A DNA stretch of 64,000 nt from Octopus vulgaris (GCA_951406725.2 OX597821.1:102610001-102674000), one strand, 5' to 3'. Counted from the stretch's first letter, positions 1 through 14,190 are shown. Notes: generated from the letters alone by a model not told the origin. A program made the numbers and translations.

Positions 1-788
1 AATGCCGCCAAGCATTTTCCCTCGGTGCACTAACGACTCTGGCAGCTTGCCGTTTTAGTAATATTATATAATATTCACGGAAAAATTATTCTCGGAAGGG
101 AATTAAAATTGATTGCTTATCAAAATCGGTAATAAAATAACGATGTTTAAAAGATTGTTTTATATTGAAGGAAATCATATATTCGTCAATAAATATTGGT
201 GATAATAGTAATAACAATAACAACAACAAGAGCAATAATAATAATAGTAACAATAACAACAATAATAATTGTTCACTCTCTGTCTCTCTCTATGTGTATA
301 TATATATATATCGTGGCAGCGAGATTTGGCTGGTATGCGTCACTGCCACTGAGGAAGTTCAGTAGGGTTAAATCCCACGATCTAGCTGTCTGCTACGATA
401 TATGTATGCATCTATATGAAAAGAACACACAAGGCAAATACCGCAGTATATGGCGTTGTGACTAGACGTCCAGGTTAAATTGTATACAAAAATTGCCTTT
501 TGGCATTAATATTGCACCCGTCGCTAATAAATATATAAATGAACGAATTTTTTTAAAGAAGGATGTTATAATCAGTCGCCAATAAAAATCTGTAATAAAA
601 TCAAAGTGAATGATTTTCTTAAGATTGTTTCATATAGAAAGAAATTATAATCGGCCATAAAAAACGGTTATAAAATATATAGATATAGGATTTTTTTCCA
701 GAAGGAGATTTTAATCGATCGCTAATAAATATCAGCTAGAAAATGAAAGCGAACGATATTTTTCAGGATTTCTTTTTTTGATATATAT

Positions 789-1169
789 ACCAACCACATG
801 GTTCCGGGTTCAGTCCCACTACGTGACATCTTGGGCAAGTGTCTTCTACTATAGCCTCGGGCCGACCAAACTCTTATGAGTGGATTTGGTAGACGAAAAC
901 TGAAAGAAGCCCGTCGTATATATGTATATATTTGTGTGTGTGTATGTTTGTGTGTCTGTGTTTGTCCCCCTAGCATCGCTTGACGACCGATGCTGGTGTG
1001 TTTATGTCCCTGTAACTTAGCGGTTCGGCAAAAGAGACCAATAGAATACGTACTAGGCTTACAAGGAATAAGTCCCGGGGTCGATTTGCTCGGCTAAAGG
1101 CGGTGCTCAAGCATGGCCGCAACAAAAATGACTGAAACAAATAAAAGAGTAAAGAGTAAAAAAAGAGTA
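789..1169 (+). mobile_element. SINE family S1 (tRNA-like head, internal (TA)/(TG) microsatellite), 5'-truncated
   Basis: B-box-like GGTTCAGTCCC, cttgggcaagtg, tail gactgaaacaa..aaaagagt; many copies in the window. Confidence 0.85.
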
Positions 1170-2404
1170 TTATAAACTAATGAAACAATTGTTCGCTTCT
1201 TACAAGGATCGATAGTAGATGTATTGGATGCTCACTGCTGTAACTGGCGGTAACATCATTGAATACGAGTGATACATTTATTTGCAATGCTTCGCTTATC
1301 TCCTACGACTTGTAGTGCTGAATTCACCTCTTACTCTTCTCTTTACCGCCTACTCTTCACTTCTTAGCCTGGAGAATGACTGGCTTTCAGAGATGACTTA
1401 CATTTGATAAAATACACGAAAACAAGGCATTCAAACGTGCTCCTAGAATCAAATGAGTCGTTGGACTTTATACATAGGTGGCGCAAAATAGACAAACTCA
1501 TTTGGCGTTTTATCATGGCTATAGACGATTAAACTGAGATTAACTGAATCACGTGTAGCTGATAAGAGTGAATATATATATATGTATAGGTATATGTACA
1601 TGTGTGTGTGTGTGTATGTGGGTGTGTATGTATAATGAGCATATGCAAGAGTTGTGTGAGTTTGTATGTGTGTTGCATGTCTGTTCTTGTGCGTATGCAT
1701 AGTTAGCATACGTGTGTGGTCTGTGCATATGTTAAGTGATATATGCTTCTTCTGGTCCGTATGCTTTTACGCACAATCATAAGCAATACAAGCTAATTAC
1801 AAGATGAAAATCTAACCTAACATCATTCTGGATGCGTGTTAAGTGATATAATTATTCTTTGATCTCAGACAAAAGGCCAAAAGGTGACATTTTAAGGAAC
1901 ACAGCGAACAGCTTGTTTCTACATCTGTTTGTGTTGAGTTCTTAGCGAGACACGTTCGCTCCTGCGTTATCAGTAGCTTTCGTCATATCCGAAAGGGAGT
2001 TCTAGAACTTGCTTATCACTACATCTGCGTAATGTGAATATTGTGAGAAGATATGGCCGTGTGGTTAACAGTTCAATCTGCAGTTATACGGGCCCGGGAT
2101 TAATTTATATGAGGAGGCATTTTTCGGTGTCTTAGTTCTGAGTCGACCAGATATTTTACTACACGGAAACTGCAGAAATCCTTCGGATTGTGTGTGTGTG
2201 TGTGTGCGCTATAGAAATCTATTAATAAATTTGGTCTCTCAGAATTTCATAATATCCGAATTCGAATAGAATTTCAATCATCGAACCCATACTCAACACT
2301 GATCAATGTTCTTCTGCTCTGTCGTTTGTCGTTGAGCACAGAGAGAAAGTTCTATACATACAAGCATATATACATAAAACTCTCATTTTATATCTATCCA
2401 TCCC

Positions 2405-2485
<81 letters not shown>

Positions 2486-3397
2486 TTATCTATCTAAATG
2501 TATATATATATATATATATATATATTTATTAAAAAATGAAAGAGTGGAATAGGTAAAGCACAAACTACGATTTTTTCATAGCAAACTGAAGTCTGTTAGC
2601 TAATTTTCCAGCATTTGTTACCTCAACGTTTTTTACATTACTGCTCACATTAGCAGCTTTAGTTGCTGAACCGTGAGTTATATGGTGACCGTCAGTTTAT
2701 CGAAATTCCTTTCCTATATGGGAAAAGGTGTGTCAAAAAAGCGCGTTACTTACGAAGTCAGTAAACATGTTTTATCGTATGTTGTTCAATTTTGTCATTT
2801 GTACAGGCCGCATCAATGCTTGAAGCTTACTAAAATCCTACACTTGGATCCCTAGATCGTACTTACCTATTTCTATACATGCATGTATGCATGCATGTAT
2901 GTATATGTGTATGTATATTAATAGAAGCGAAATGCTGTCTGTCCGTCTGAGAACACTGTATCTCAGTCTGCATTGCTTTATTTAGAGATATTGTACATTT
3001 TTGGAATCAGGATAGAAAATTTGCCCTTCATTTGGTTCTTGAACATCCAGTATTGGAATCTGATGGCATATTTAAACTAAATAACTTTCGTGATTCGATT
3101 TTCAAAAAGGTTGTATCAGATTCGTTGTTGACTTATATCAGAACATTTCTTTTGTGGATGCCATTACGGAGATCACAGCAAAGATAAGTCCACTACGGTG
3201 CAATACCTTGAAGTTCAGTAGAAAGTAGCTCAGATGCCATTTGCGAAGTTCGTATCTACCATTTAATTATGTGATACAGCAAATTAATTTTTTTGCCAAT
3301 TGCATCATTACGAATATTGTGTATTACGTTTAAATAATTTCCTTGAATATAGTGAAGATACTACTCGCAAAAACACGCACACATGCACGCACGCACG

Positions 3398-3512
<115 letters not shown>

Positions 3513-3761
3513 GCACACGCAGTGTTCCCTGGCAGACAGTTAATGCAAGACACATAGTCATTTCTTTATAATATTCAGCGGAATTAAAAGTTAGAATTTC
3601 AACTTAAGGAATAAGGAAGTAGATGCATAGAATATACATATTTATTTTTTGTTGTTTTTTACGAAGTTCACAAGATTTCTAGAAATTTGTATGCATGCAT
3701 ATGCATGTACATACATATACATATGTGCATATGCATGTTTTCATGCATGTATATATACATT

Positions 3762-3839
<78 letters not shown>

Positions 3840-3840
3840 T

Positions 3841-4774
3841 AATCTCAAGATTAATCAGCCGAAATTGCTAAGATGATCTGGTTCTTGACTGATGACTGAG
3901 GGCTTCGAATGTCCCGTCCTGTGGTTCTTGTGTCGTCTCTGTGGCGTTTCATGTTCTTGTCCATGTCTGTAATTATTTTTACTGTTTACCTATATAATCG
4001 GCGGCTACGTATCCACAATTGTCCTTATACGATAAGTATATTTTTTCTCAAGCATTGATACGACTCTTAATCTTTCTTTCTCTCTCTCTCTCCTCCCTTA
4101 TTCCCCCTCCTTTCTTTCCCTCTCCATCCGTCTTCCCCCCCTTCTACGTTTCTCTATCTCTCTCACCTCCAGCCCCCTCGATCTGTCTCTTTCTTCTCCT
4201 CCCTCGTCCACCTTCTCTCTCTTTTCATCTGTCCCTTTCTCTTGTCTTTTGTTCTCACGTGACCGCTAGCCGCTGTTGAGCGCTCTTTTCGTTCCAGCAG
4301 CCGCTGAAGCAACACGTACTTGTTCGTCTCCCTGTGGCCATTAGGCACAACTTCATAAGCCAGCCCCATACTCAATTCGTCCTGTCGAAAGACCCTTGTC
4401 CTACGTCCTGGTTTTGTTTTGTTGTTTATTTTTTATACTTTATTTTTACCGTTATTGTTTTTACGTTTTTGTATTCTTATTGTTGTCACGTATTCTGTAT
4501 TTTTGTTCGTGTACTTCGTTCGTTTTCCGTCCTCGTGTTGTATACATTCGAAGCTTTCTTCCAGGGGATCTAATGCACTTGGCTTAGATTTCCCGTGGCG
4601 GGCTGCCCATATCGGAGCAATCTCAAGATTAATCAGCCGAAATTGCTAAGATGATCTGGTTCTTGACTGATGACTGAGGGCTTCGAATGTCCCGTCCTGT
4701 GGTTCTTGTGTCGTCTCTGTGGCGTTTCATGTTCTTGTCCATGTCTGTAATTATTTTTACTGTTTACCTATATA
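3841..4774 (+). mobile_element. Family C non-coding element, head-to-tail partial tandem (156-bp identical direct repeats, period 778 bp), flanked by (TA)n
   Basis: 3841-3996 is identical to 4619-4774. No ORF. Carries CTGATGA and GAAA boxes. Homologous copies at 61024-61792 and 7181-7665. Confidence 0.8.
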
Positions 4775-4824
4775 TATGTATATATATAAATATATATACA
4801 CTTTTTCTTTATTAGCCACAAGGG

Positions 4825-4889
<65 letters not shown>

Positions 4890-5580
4890 CATATATTATG
4901 TATATAACATATATTCAAATGTGTATATGTATACTTATATGCATACACACACATACATATATATGTTTACATACAGACTCACGCACATACATGCATATAT
5001 GCATACATATACACATGAATATATATTCATATACATGTATAAGAATGGATATATAAATATATATATATACATATAGACATATATATATATATATATATGT
5101 TTGTATATATATATATATGTAGATATGTATGTATATATATATGTATATGTAGATATGTATAGGTATATATATATATCTATATATATATATATATATATAT
5201 ATGGATACTCACACACACATACATGCTTAGACACACACACACACACACACACATACACACACACAGACATATTATCTTAGAGGGATATTGTTGCTGTCTG
5301 TAAAAGTATCCCCCCATCGAATCATGTAGGGCAGTAGAACAGACTAGCACTCATTGACCTACCCTTCTCCCCACCACCTTCTTTCTTTCTGCCGACAATA
5401 AATTATTCGGGGTGCCCCCAACAACAACAACAATCAACAACAGCAACAACACCCACAACTTCACCCGAAGTTGATGACTCATTTCAAGAATCTCCTTCAG
5501 CCATCACATGTCATACTGTTTTCATCAACTTAATCTGATATGAACGGGTCTTAGGTCCCCACCGTCACCACCCTCTTTTT

Positions 5581-5591
5581 TTGTCTGTCTG

Positions 5592-5667
<76 letters not shown>

Positions 5668-5680
5668 CCTACCTACCTAC

Positions 5681-5727
<47 letters not shown>

Positions 5728-5810
5728 ACTATCCATCCATCCATCCATCCATCCATCCATCCATCCATCCATCCATCCATCCATCCATCCATCCATCCAT
5801 CCATCCATCC

Positions 5811-5881
<71 letters not shown>

Positions 5882-5890
5882 AATCAATCT
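5581..5890. repeat. Compound (TATC)n/(CATC)n tetranucleotide array (similar arrays at 2405-2495, 24286-24380, 35752-35970, 43078-43300, 54715-54846, 59270-59510)
   Basis: Seen directly. Confidence 0.95.
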
Positions 5891-6339
5891 CTTTCTATCC
5901 TGCTTATTTTCTTATGTTTTAGTTTTCAAGCTACGTTCTTTCCAGACTTCCTTGTATATTAAAAACGTGTTGTTTAGGTAGCAATGACTACGTAGACTGA
6001 ACTATCTAATATTATCAAACATACAAAAAAAAAAAAAAGAAAAAAGAAAAAATAAGAAAAAAACCTAACCTAAATTTGTTTCAAATACCAACTGAACGTC
6101 TTTGAATTAAATGTATATAATTCGGTGAATTCTTTTGTTCTGTCATTCTTTTACTAGTTTCACTCACTGGATGGCGACCATGTTTTACGGTACTCTGTTT
6201 AAACGATATGTTGATCATATCGATTCCAGCATGTATTTCAGCCTGTATAGGTCTCGAGTTGTCGAATGGCAAACTTACGTGATCTAAAGTGACACAATAT
6301 ACACATGCACAAACACATACAAAAACATACATACATAAT

Positions 6340-6390
<51 letters not shown>

Positions 6391-6419
6391 TGTATATATA
6401 TATATATATACACACACAC

Positions 6420-6450
<31 letters not shown>

Positions 6451-6539
6451 CACACATATATATATACATATATAAATATATATATATACATATACATATA
6501 TATACATATACATATACATATATATATATATATATATAT

Positions 6540-6659
6540 AGGGAGAATTCATAAAAAAACAAAAAACGGAAAGTGAAAAAAGTCTTTAATGCTTCGAGCC
6601 TACGCTCTTCCACAGAAAGAAACAAGAAGAGAAAATAGAGAAAATAAAGAATATGTTGT
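6540..6659 (-). mobile_element. Family B element, internally deleted
   Basis: Shares gggagaattca... and ttcgagcctacgctcttccacagaaag with other copies; (TA)n on both sides. Confidence 0.65.
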
Positions 6660-6966
6660 ATATATATATATATATATATATGAGACGAGCTTCGGTGTAA
6701 TGTCCGTCTTCATAATTCTATTAATGGAGTTCATCAATCCGAGGCTTCATTATAATTCAGCTGCTCAATATGTCGCACTGTTGACTCGAATTCGGGACGA
6801 AGTCGTTGTAAAGAGAATTTCTTAACGATACGGTATGTTTCTGCATATTATTGTTAGTACTTATGTCCGATAAGCATAATCGACCGTGCCTTTCAATCTT
6901 AGTACATACGTACACGCACACACGCATGCACATATGTATGTGCACATTTAATATTTATGCATGTTT

Positions 6967-7169
6967 GCGACCGTGTGTGTATCGTTGGCGATTTTCTTTC
7001 TCCATCTTCCCATCCTTGGATCTTTGCTTTTTCTATGTTTCTGACGAAGAGCTCCGCTCGAAACGTTAAATCCTCCTTCTTTCCTTTCCCGAGCGTCCAA
7101 TAACACTATACTTGTTCCACGTCCTCGCGTTGTTGTGTTTTCTCTTTGTGTTTTCATGTTTGGATTAAC
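6967..7169 (+). mobile_element. Family A ~200-bp element with minimal hammerhead-like motif (Penelope pLTR-like), ending at (TA)n
   Basis: ttt-CTGACGA-a-GAGC-tcc-GCTC-GAAAC-GTT-aaa at 7038-7070; four further copies in the window. Confidence 0.75.
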
Positions 7170-7180
7170 TATATATATAT

Positions 7181-7665
7181 AAAATACAAAATGGGACAAG
7201 AATGCAAAACATCCGGACAGTTAGGTGATACAAAAAGGGACAACAAAACATCCAGATAGACGATACAAAAAAAAAAAAAAAGGACGGGTCATTTGAAGGC
7301 CTGTATCTTCAGTCAAGCATCAGATTATCTTCGCAATTTCGGTTGATTATTCTTCAGATTGCTCAAATCTGGCCAGCCCCAAGGAAAAACTTAGCTAAAA
7401 GCATTAGATTCCTTGGAAGAAAGCAGTGAATGTATACAAAAACAAGGATGGAAAAAACGGACAAAGTTACACAAATAAATACAATAATAAATACAATAAA
7501 AATAATAACAGGACATAGCAACAGGTGTATTTCGACTAAGGACGAATTGAATTAAGCTGGCGCGTGTGGAAATGAAGCCTTACGGCAGAGATACAAAGAT
7601 TTCACTAACACTGGGAAGAATATCGATGTTGCACGGACGGCGGTCAGACCAAATGCGCGTTCAAT
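7181..7665 (-). mobile_element. Family C element, 5'-truncated, tail-to-tail with a family A element across a short (TA)n
   Basis: Reverse complement aligns by eye with about 61360-61790. Confidence 0.75.
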
Positions 7666-7689
7666 TAATCAGTGCCGCAACGCGCAAGC

Positions 7690-7955
7690 CATTATATACG
7701 AGGCAGGAGTTACTTCCACTAACACAGCCTTGTAAACACTATATTGGTATGACTGAAGGAACAGTCAAACAACGATTCTTCAATTGCACTTTCTCCTTCA
7801 GAAATATAGAAAAGAGAGACACAACATAGCTATCTGATTACGTTCAGAGTTTGAAAAGGCAACTATTGCATTCGACACGAAGTAGGAGATCCTTGAAAGA
7901 TGTAGATCATATAGAAATCGCTGAGAAACTTGCGTTATGCATAACTGATAATAGT
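7690..7955 (+). mobile_element. Degraded GIY-YIG endonuclease fragment of a Penelope-like retroelement
   Basis: Translates as ...KHYIGMTEGTVKQRFFNCTFSFRNIEKRDTT*LSDYVQSLK...K*EILERCRSYRN...C, with stops and frameshifts. This matches the YIGxTE..FK.R...H..SFRN / T.LS.Y...LK / W.IL..C..Y pattern of PLE endonucleases. Confidence 0.8.
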
Positions 7956-8243
7956 CCCTGAAGGGCTTCAATATACATATGGATGATCTAAACGTCATAT
8001 TAGAAATCTTCACCAAATGATACCCTACGGTATATCTAATTCAGGGTTTGTGAAATAAAAGCAAAGAGAGGAAGGTAAGCAATTGGAGAGGGAATCAATC
8101 TAATTATGGACGGTATTATACAGCTTACGTGTTTAGAGGAGGGTAAGTCGTTATGTAAGTGTTAAAGAGGAAAGAGAGCGAGAGAGAAGGGTAAAAGGAG
8201 AGAGAGGCGGGTAAAAGAGAGAGACAGAGATAAATAGATAGAT

Positions 8244-8303
<60 letters not shown>

Positions 8304-9864
8304 GGACTTTGAGGTGTAATGATTATTAGTCAACCACGTCTGAGATGTCAACCATACGAAGCAGAAAGCAGGAGTAAAATAGCTTTGTTGTTATTTTATC
8401 TTCTCTGAAAAAAGGGGAGGTAACTTGGATCATACATAAGAAACTATAAAAGATAAGTAACATAACTTAACTCCGTGTGTATATACGTTGACGAACATCA
8501 TCATAGCAATACAGTAAGGCCTCACATATGTAATATGATGAGTAGAAAGCTTCTATCAGGTGACATGAACCGGGCAATTATTATATAAACTTCTTTTCCC
8601 TACACTCCCTCTGTTTCTTTATATTTTGCCCATTCTTGGTTTTGCCAACGTAGTAGAATTTGATCTTCATCGATATAACGCTATGCCGTCATTAATTGAT
8701 TCTTTCTACAATCAACCCCCGGTGCTCAAATGGTACTTTTTCGATTGACTCAGAAAGGATGTAAACTCGACCTCGTCGTAATCTGGAATTAGAACATAAA
8801 GAACCGGAAGAAATGTTGCTAAGCCTTTTATACGATGCGCTGATGATTCTGCCATTTCGCCGCCTTTACGCGGTCACAAATTGATACAAACCTATTTTCG
8901 GAGAGCCATCAACTCGCTGGAAGAGGCTCCCCTTGGGGTTAAAAACGGTAGTAACGTCGACTCCTATGGAACAGCCATATTGATGTGGCGATAGATATTA
9001 CTTCGTTATATTATTATGCAGCTGATTTCATAAGATAGCTAATCTTACCTTCACTTCTCTATCTTATCTCATAAATAACCAACACAGACAAACCTTTTCG
9101 AATCACAAGTATAGTATAAGGAGATCGATATTTATCTATGTTTTGTCATTATTAAGCGAGTGGTTTGGCTGTGTATAATTTCATTCATTCATTCAGACAT
9201 TCATTCATACGTTACATTATACACACATAGATACATACATGCAGACGTATGTATGGTGGTAGGATGGTTAAGACGTTGGAGCGCGGAGTAAGATGCCTTC
9301 CAGTATTCGTTTCGGTTCACAGAAATTTGGTTTCAAATTCTGCCAAGGTGGACGTTAATTTTTATTTTTTTGTGCTTTAATAAAGTACCAGTCAAGTACT
9401 AGAACCAATTCCCCAGTCACTCACATACTGACACACGTATATAAATGTATATATGTAAATGAATAGCAAAAGATGTAGATCCAGAGGATCCTGTGGCTGG
9501 CAAAGTAAGCTCTTCGTTTGGACTCGGCTATCAGTACACATAGTAATTTGTTACAAAATAGTGTAATATAAAATGTCCATGTAATTGAAAAATCCAGAAA
9601 ATTTGAGCGCTAAAATTATTCTGTGAGGAGTATATAAAAACATAAATTCCGGAATTATGAGAGGTGAATAGAGATTTATTTAACCATGTGACGTCCATTG
9701 GGTTACTGCCGTCTTGCAACCTTCTTCATGCAGTATTAATTTCGGTATACAAGGAATAAAGTGCACTTGTCTCCACTAATATGCAAGCACAGTATTATAA
9801 TTTTGCGTGTATATGTATGTATACAAGTATATATATATATATACACATACATATATATATATAT

Positions 9865-9930
<66 letters not shown>

Positions 9931-10000
9931 GTATATATGTATATATGCATATATATATATATATATATATCTATATCGAGACAGAAAGGATGCCAAACAA

Positions 10001-10057
<57 letters not shown>

Positions 10058-10190
10058 CACACCTTTACCCAGAGATGGACGTGTCCTACGCACCCACGAA
10101 ACTTTAAGTAATGTTGAGGCATTGCGTCAAACTGTTATTAAATAAATGTTGCCAAATGTTAAGTGCTACTTACATTCGCTCTTTCAGTTA

Positions 10191-10236
<46 letters not shown>

Positions 10237-10290
10237 ACTATATACATACATACATACATACATCATACATACATACATACATACATACAT

Positions 10291-10355
<65 letters not shown>

Positions 10356-10560
10356 CACATATATAAATCAAGACAATTTGATTCAAATTCGTTGGTACAT
10401 CGAGAGTTTCAAGCGTGATGCTAATCTTCAGCCATTTTGAATTCAAATGCATGTATGTATGTATGTATGTATGTATATATATATATATATATATTTATAT
10501 ACATACATACATCTCCCTCCCTCCCCCTCTCTCTCTCTGTATATATATATATATATATGC

Positions 10561-10624
<64 letters not shown>

Positions 10625-11190
10625 GTCTGTCTGTCTGTCTGTCTGTCTATAATGTATAGATGTTTGTGTAAACTTAATGGCGTTTCTGTAATGGGCTTAC
10701 ATGCCTTTTGTATTGATTGAGTGTTTGCGATCTCTCTTTATGTATGTTTGTGTGTATTCCATCTGCACACATGAGCAGATTTTATATTGTCATATCTTTA
10801 AAGATCTCTCACACTTATAGAGAACGTCTTTCATTGGAACTCAGATAAAAAATACACAGCCATACATGTATGTATGTATGTATGTATGTATGTATGTATG
10901 TATGTATGTATGTACGTATGTATGTATGCATGTATGTATGTATGTATGTATGCACACACATATATGCGTATATGCGTGTATATATATATATATATATATA
11001 TATACAAACTTATGACAGCATATGCAGCAAGAGATGGGTATATTAAGAATAGTATGTTTGATTACTTACACGAATTGAACAGGAAAATGTGTGGTCACAT
11101 AAATATGAAACACTAAGCTGAGTTACACATATCAGTGCAAGCAAATCCTATTTGTGTGTGTGTATAGTAGTATATATATAAATATAAAGA

Positions 11191-11261
<71 letters not shown>

Positions 11262-11580
11262 TATATGTGTGTATATATATATATGTATATATATATATAC
11301 TAAGTCACTGTCGACAACTGTATAAGAATAATAAATTCCTACTCTACAAAAGTATAGATTAACCCACCAGATTAATGTAAGATTATTTTTATTATAACTG
11401 ATCATAAAAACATTTATATATATGTGTGTGTGTGTGTGTATTTGTGCGTGTTTGTGTGCAAGTATGTATGCAAGCATTATATATATATATATGTACCTAT
11501 GTATATAAGTATATATTGTTTCTGATATGTATCTATGAGTGTACGAGAATATTTTTATGTATGCGTGTAAACAAATTCAA

Positions 11581-11627
<47 letters not shown>

Positions 11628-12000
11628 TGGAGAGAGAGGGAGATAGAGTGTGTGTATGTAATTTAGAGAGTGAGAGAGAATGCGAACAACGCGAAAATTC
11701 TGTTTGGCGACTGAACCAATATTTCTTATATTAAATAGAAAGAAAAAAAACAATCTATTACAGGCGAACATTGGAGTATCATCGTAAACAGCATCAACAA
11801 CAATTACAACAATAAATATACAGCAAAAATACGCATGAGAACGTCGAAAATAAGCACAGCAATAATGTGAATAATAATGCAATTCTGTGAAATTCGATTT
11901 TCCAGTATTTTATGAAAACATATGTGCTTTCTTCTAGTCTGTTATATTCATCTTATAGAATTGCAGATGAACCTACCAGTTATATATGTATATATATCAC

Positions 12001-12180
12001 CGCCCTAAGACCAGAAAAATATTGACAGAACACGGAGCCTTCCAGCCTAAGAGTGACACCGATAGGCTGTACTTGTCCAGAAGAAAGGCTGGGAAAGGTT
12101 TGGTCAGTTGCCAGGACTATATTGAAGCAGAGGAAAACAGCTTAGAGTGGTATATAAAAATGCCGTGGAGCCACTTTGAA
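12001..12180 (+). mobile_element. R4/Dong-clade non-LTR retrotransposon fragment (region after the RT domain)
   Basis: KTRKILTEHGAFQPKSDTDRLYLSRRKAGKGLVSCQDYIEAEENSLEWYIK matches the KTRK.LT..G..HP.SD.DRLYL.R..GGRGL motif. Confidence 0.8.
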
Positions 12181-12193
12181 ACACACGAAGAAA

Positions 12194-12941
12194 GGGACAA
12201 ACAAGGACAGACAAAGGGATTAAGTCGATTACATCGACCCCAGTGCGTAACTGGTACTTAATTTATCAACTCCGAAAGGATGAAAGGCAAAGTCGACCTC
12301 GGCGGAATTTGAACTCAGAACGTAATGGCAGACGAAATACCTATTTCTATTTCTTTACTATCCACAAGGGGCTAAACAGAGAGAGGACAAACAAGGACAG
12401 ACAAACGGATTAAGTTGATTATATCGATCCCCAGTGCGTAACTGGTACTTATTTAATCGACCCCGAAAGGATGAAAGGCAAAGTCGACCTCGGCGGAATT
12501 TGAACTCAGAACGTAACAGCAAACGAAATACCTATTTCTTTACTACCCACAAGGGGCTAAACACAGAGGGGACAAACAAGGACAGACAAACGGATTAAGT
12601 CGATTACATCGACCCCAGTGCGTAACTGGTACTTAATTTATCGACCCCGAAAGTATGAAAGGCAAAGTCGACCTCGGCGGAATTTGAACTCAGAACGTAG
12701 CGGCAGACGAAATACCTATTTCTTTACTACCCACAAGGGGCTAAACATAGAGAGGACAAACAAGGACAGACAAACGGATTAAGTCGATTACATCGACCCC
12801 CAGTGCGTAACTGGTACTTAATTTATCGACCCCGAAAGGATGAAAGGCAAAGTTGACCTCGGCGGAATTTGAACTCAGAACGTAACGGCAGACGAAATAC
12901 CGCTAAGCATTTCGCCCGGCGTGCTAACCATTCTGTCAGCT
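12194..12941 (-). mobile_element. SINE family S2, tandem array of four ~185-bp body units behind one head
   Basis: ggacaaacaaggacagac recurs at 12195, 12385, 12570 and 12754. Minus strand has B-box-like GAGTTCAAATTCC and central GTCGACTTTGCCTTTCATCCTTTCGGGGTCGATAAA, which resembles the Meta-type SINE domain as I recall it. Confidence 0.9.
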
Positions 12942-13831
12942 CCTCTCCTAGGATATGTTATTGGCATAGAGCTTACTTTTGTAACATATTTTGCAGTAGG
13001 CCAAACCAGACAGCATCACATCACACTTCACAATACTTGACTACTCCATGCCGTAACGCCAATGTCTGACCAGATGGCATTTATGAGCAGACGACAAAGT
13101 TAGCTTTGAGCTTGTCTTGTAATTTGTTTAGTTTGTGTTTTGTTTTTGTTTTGCTCGTTTGTTTCTTTTTCAATTATCGTTTCCTGCCTGGTACGACTGA
13201 ACAGCGAGTTATATGTTTGTTTTTATTAAAAAATAATTCATGTAAGTTTAAGTTTAAAAAAAAAAAGTGAAACAACAACATCAACAACGAAATATCGAAC
13301 GAAACAACGCAACCAAAGCGAAACACAGACATACAGACTAACATACACGCACACATACACATAAATACACACGTACACATACACACGCGCGCGCTCGCGC
13401 ATATGCACAAGCACTCACGGATAGGGACACACACGTGCTTACAGACACAAGCTCGCAACAACAAACAAACCAGGCAACGTTTGAACAACAGAGGCATTGA
13501 AAAAATTTACCAAATGGAAAGTTTAGTTTTCACTCGACCGGGAATAGTTGTTGTAATAATGTGTTTGTCAGAAGTGAGAACGGAATTCTTGTCCCAGGAC
13601 AGTTGAGAAAGTTGTTTGAGAAAACAGCCGAAGCAAAATTCAATCCCAGTGTGTCGAGCTAAGGTTTCAATTTGTTGCTCACCTGTACACAGTCTGTTAA
13701 GTTTTGGATGCTGTTTTTTTGTTTTTTGGTTATATTTTCGAGTGGGTGATGATGGTGGTGGTAGCGCGGGGGTGGGGAAGCAGTGGGAAAAAATATATAT
13801 CACGATGATGCTGAAGCTAGGAATAATAACG

Positions 13832-13899
13832 CTACTACTACTACTACCACCACCACCACCACCACCACCACCACCACCACCACCACCACTACTACTACT

Positions 13900-13931
<32 letters not shown>

Positions 13932-13932
13932 G

Positions 13933-13991
<59 letters not shown>

Positions 13992-14000
13992 CAGAACTAC
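13832..14000. repeat. Compound (CTA)/(CCA)/(CCACGA) repeat (similar compound run at 50796-51020)
   Basis: Seen directly. Confidence 0.9.
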
Positions 14001-14190
14001 TTTAATTCTTCGTCGTCGTCGTCGTTGTTTTTGTTATTATTATTCTTTTTGGTGCTTTGTGGTATTTCATGCGGCTCTGTACATTTTCAATTCAAATCAC
14101 ACCGAAGCCATCTTTACTTTTCATTCTTCTAGGGTCAATAAAATAGTGCTCCAGTCGATGTTACAGGGTAATTCTCTTCCCTATATTCCC

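Noticed and set aside
12194-12941. CRISPR-like regular array
   Set aside because: Whole ~185-bp units repeat with no unique spacers, the unit is a dispersed SINE, and the context is eukaryotic.
13070-13800. Unique, CpG-containing segment that might be regulatory or exonic
   Set aside because: No convincing ORF with paired splice sites and no specific motif.
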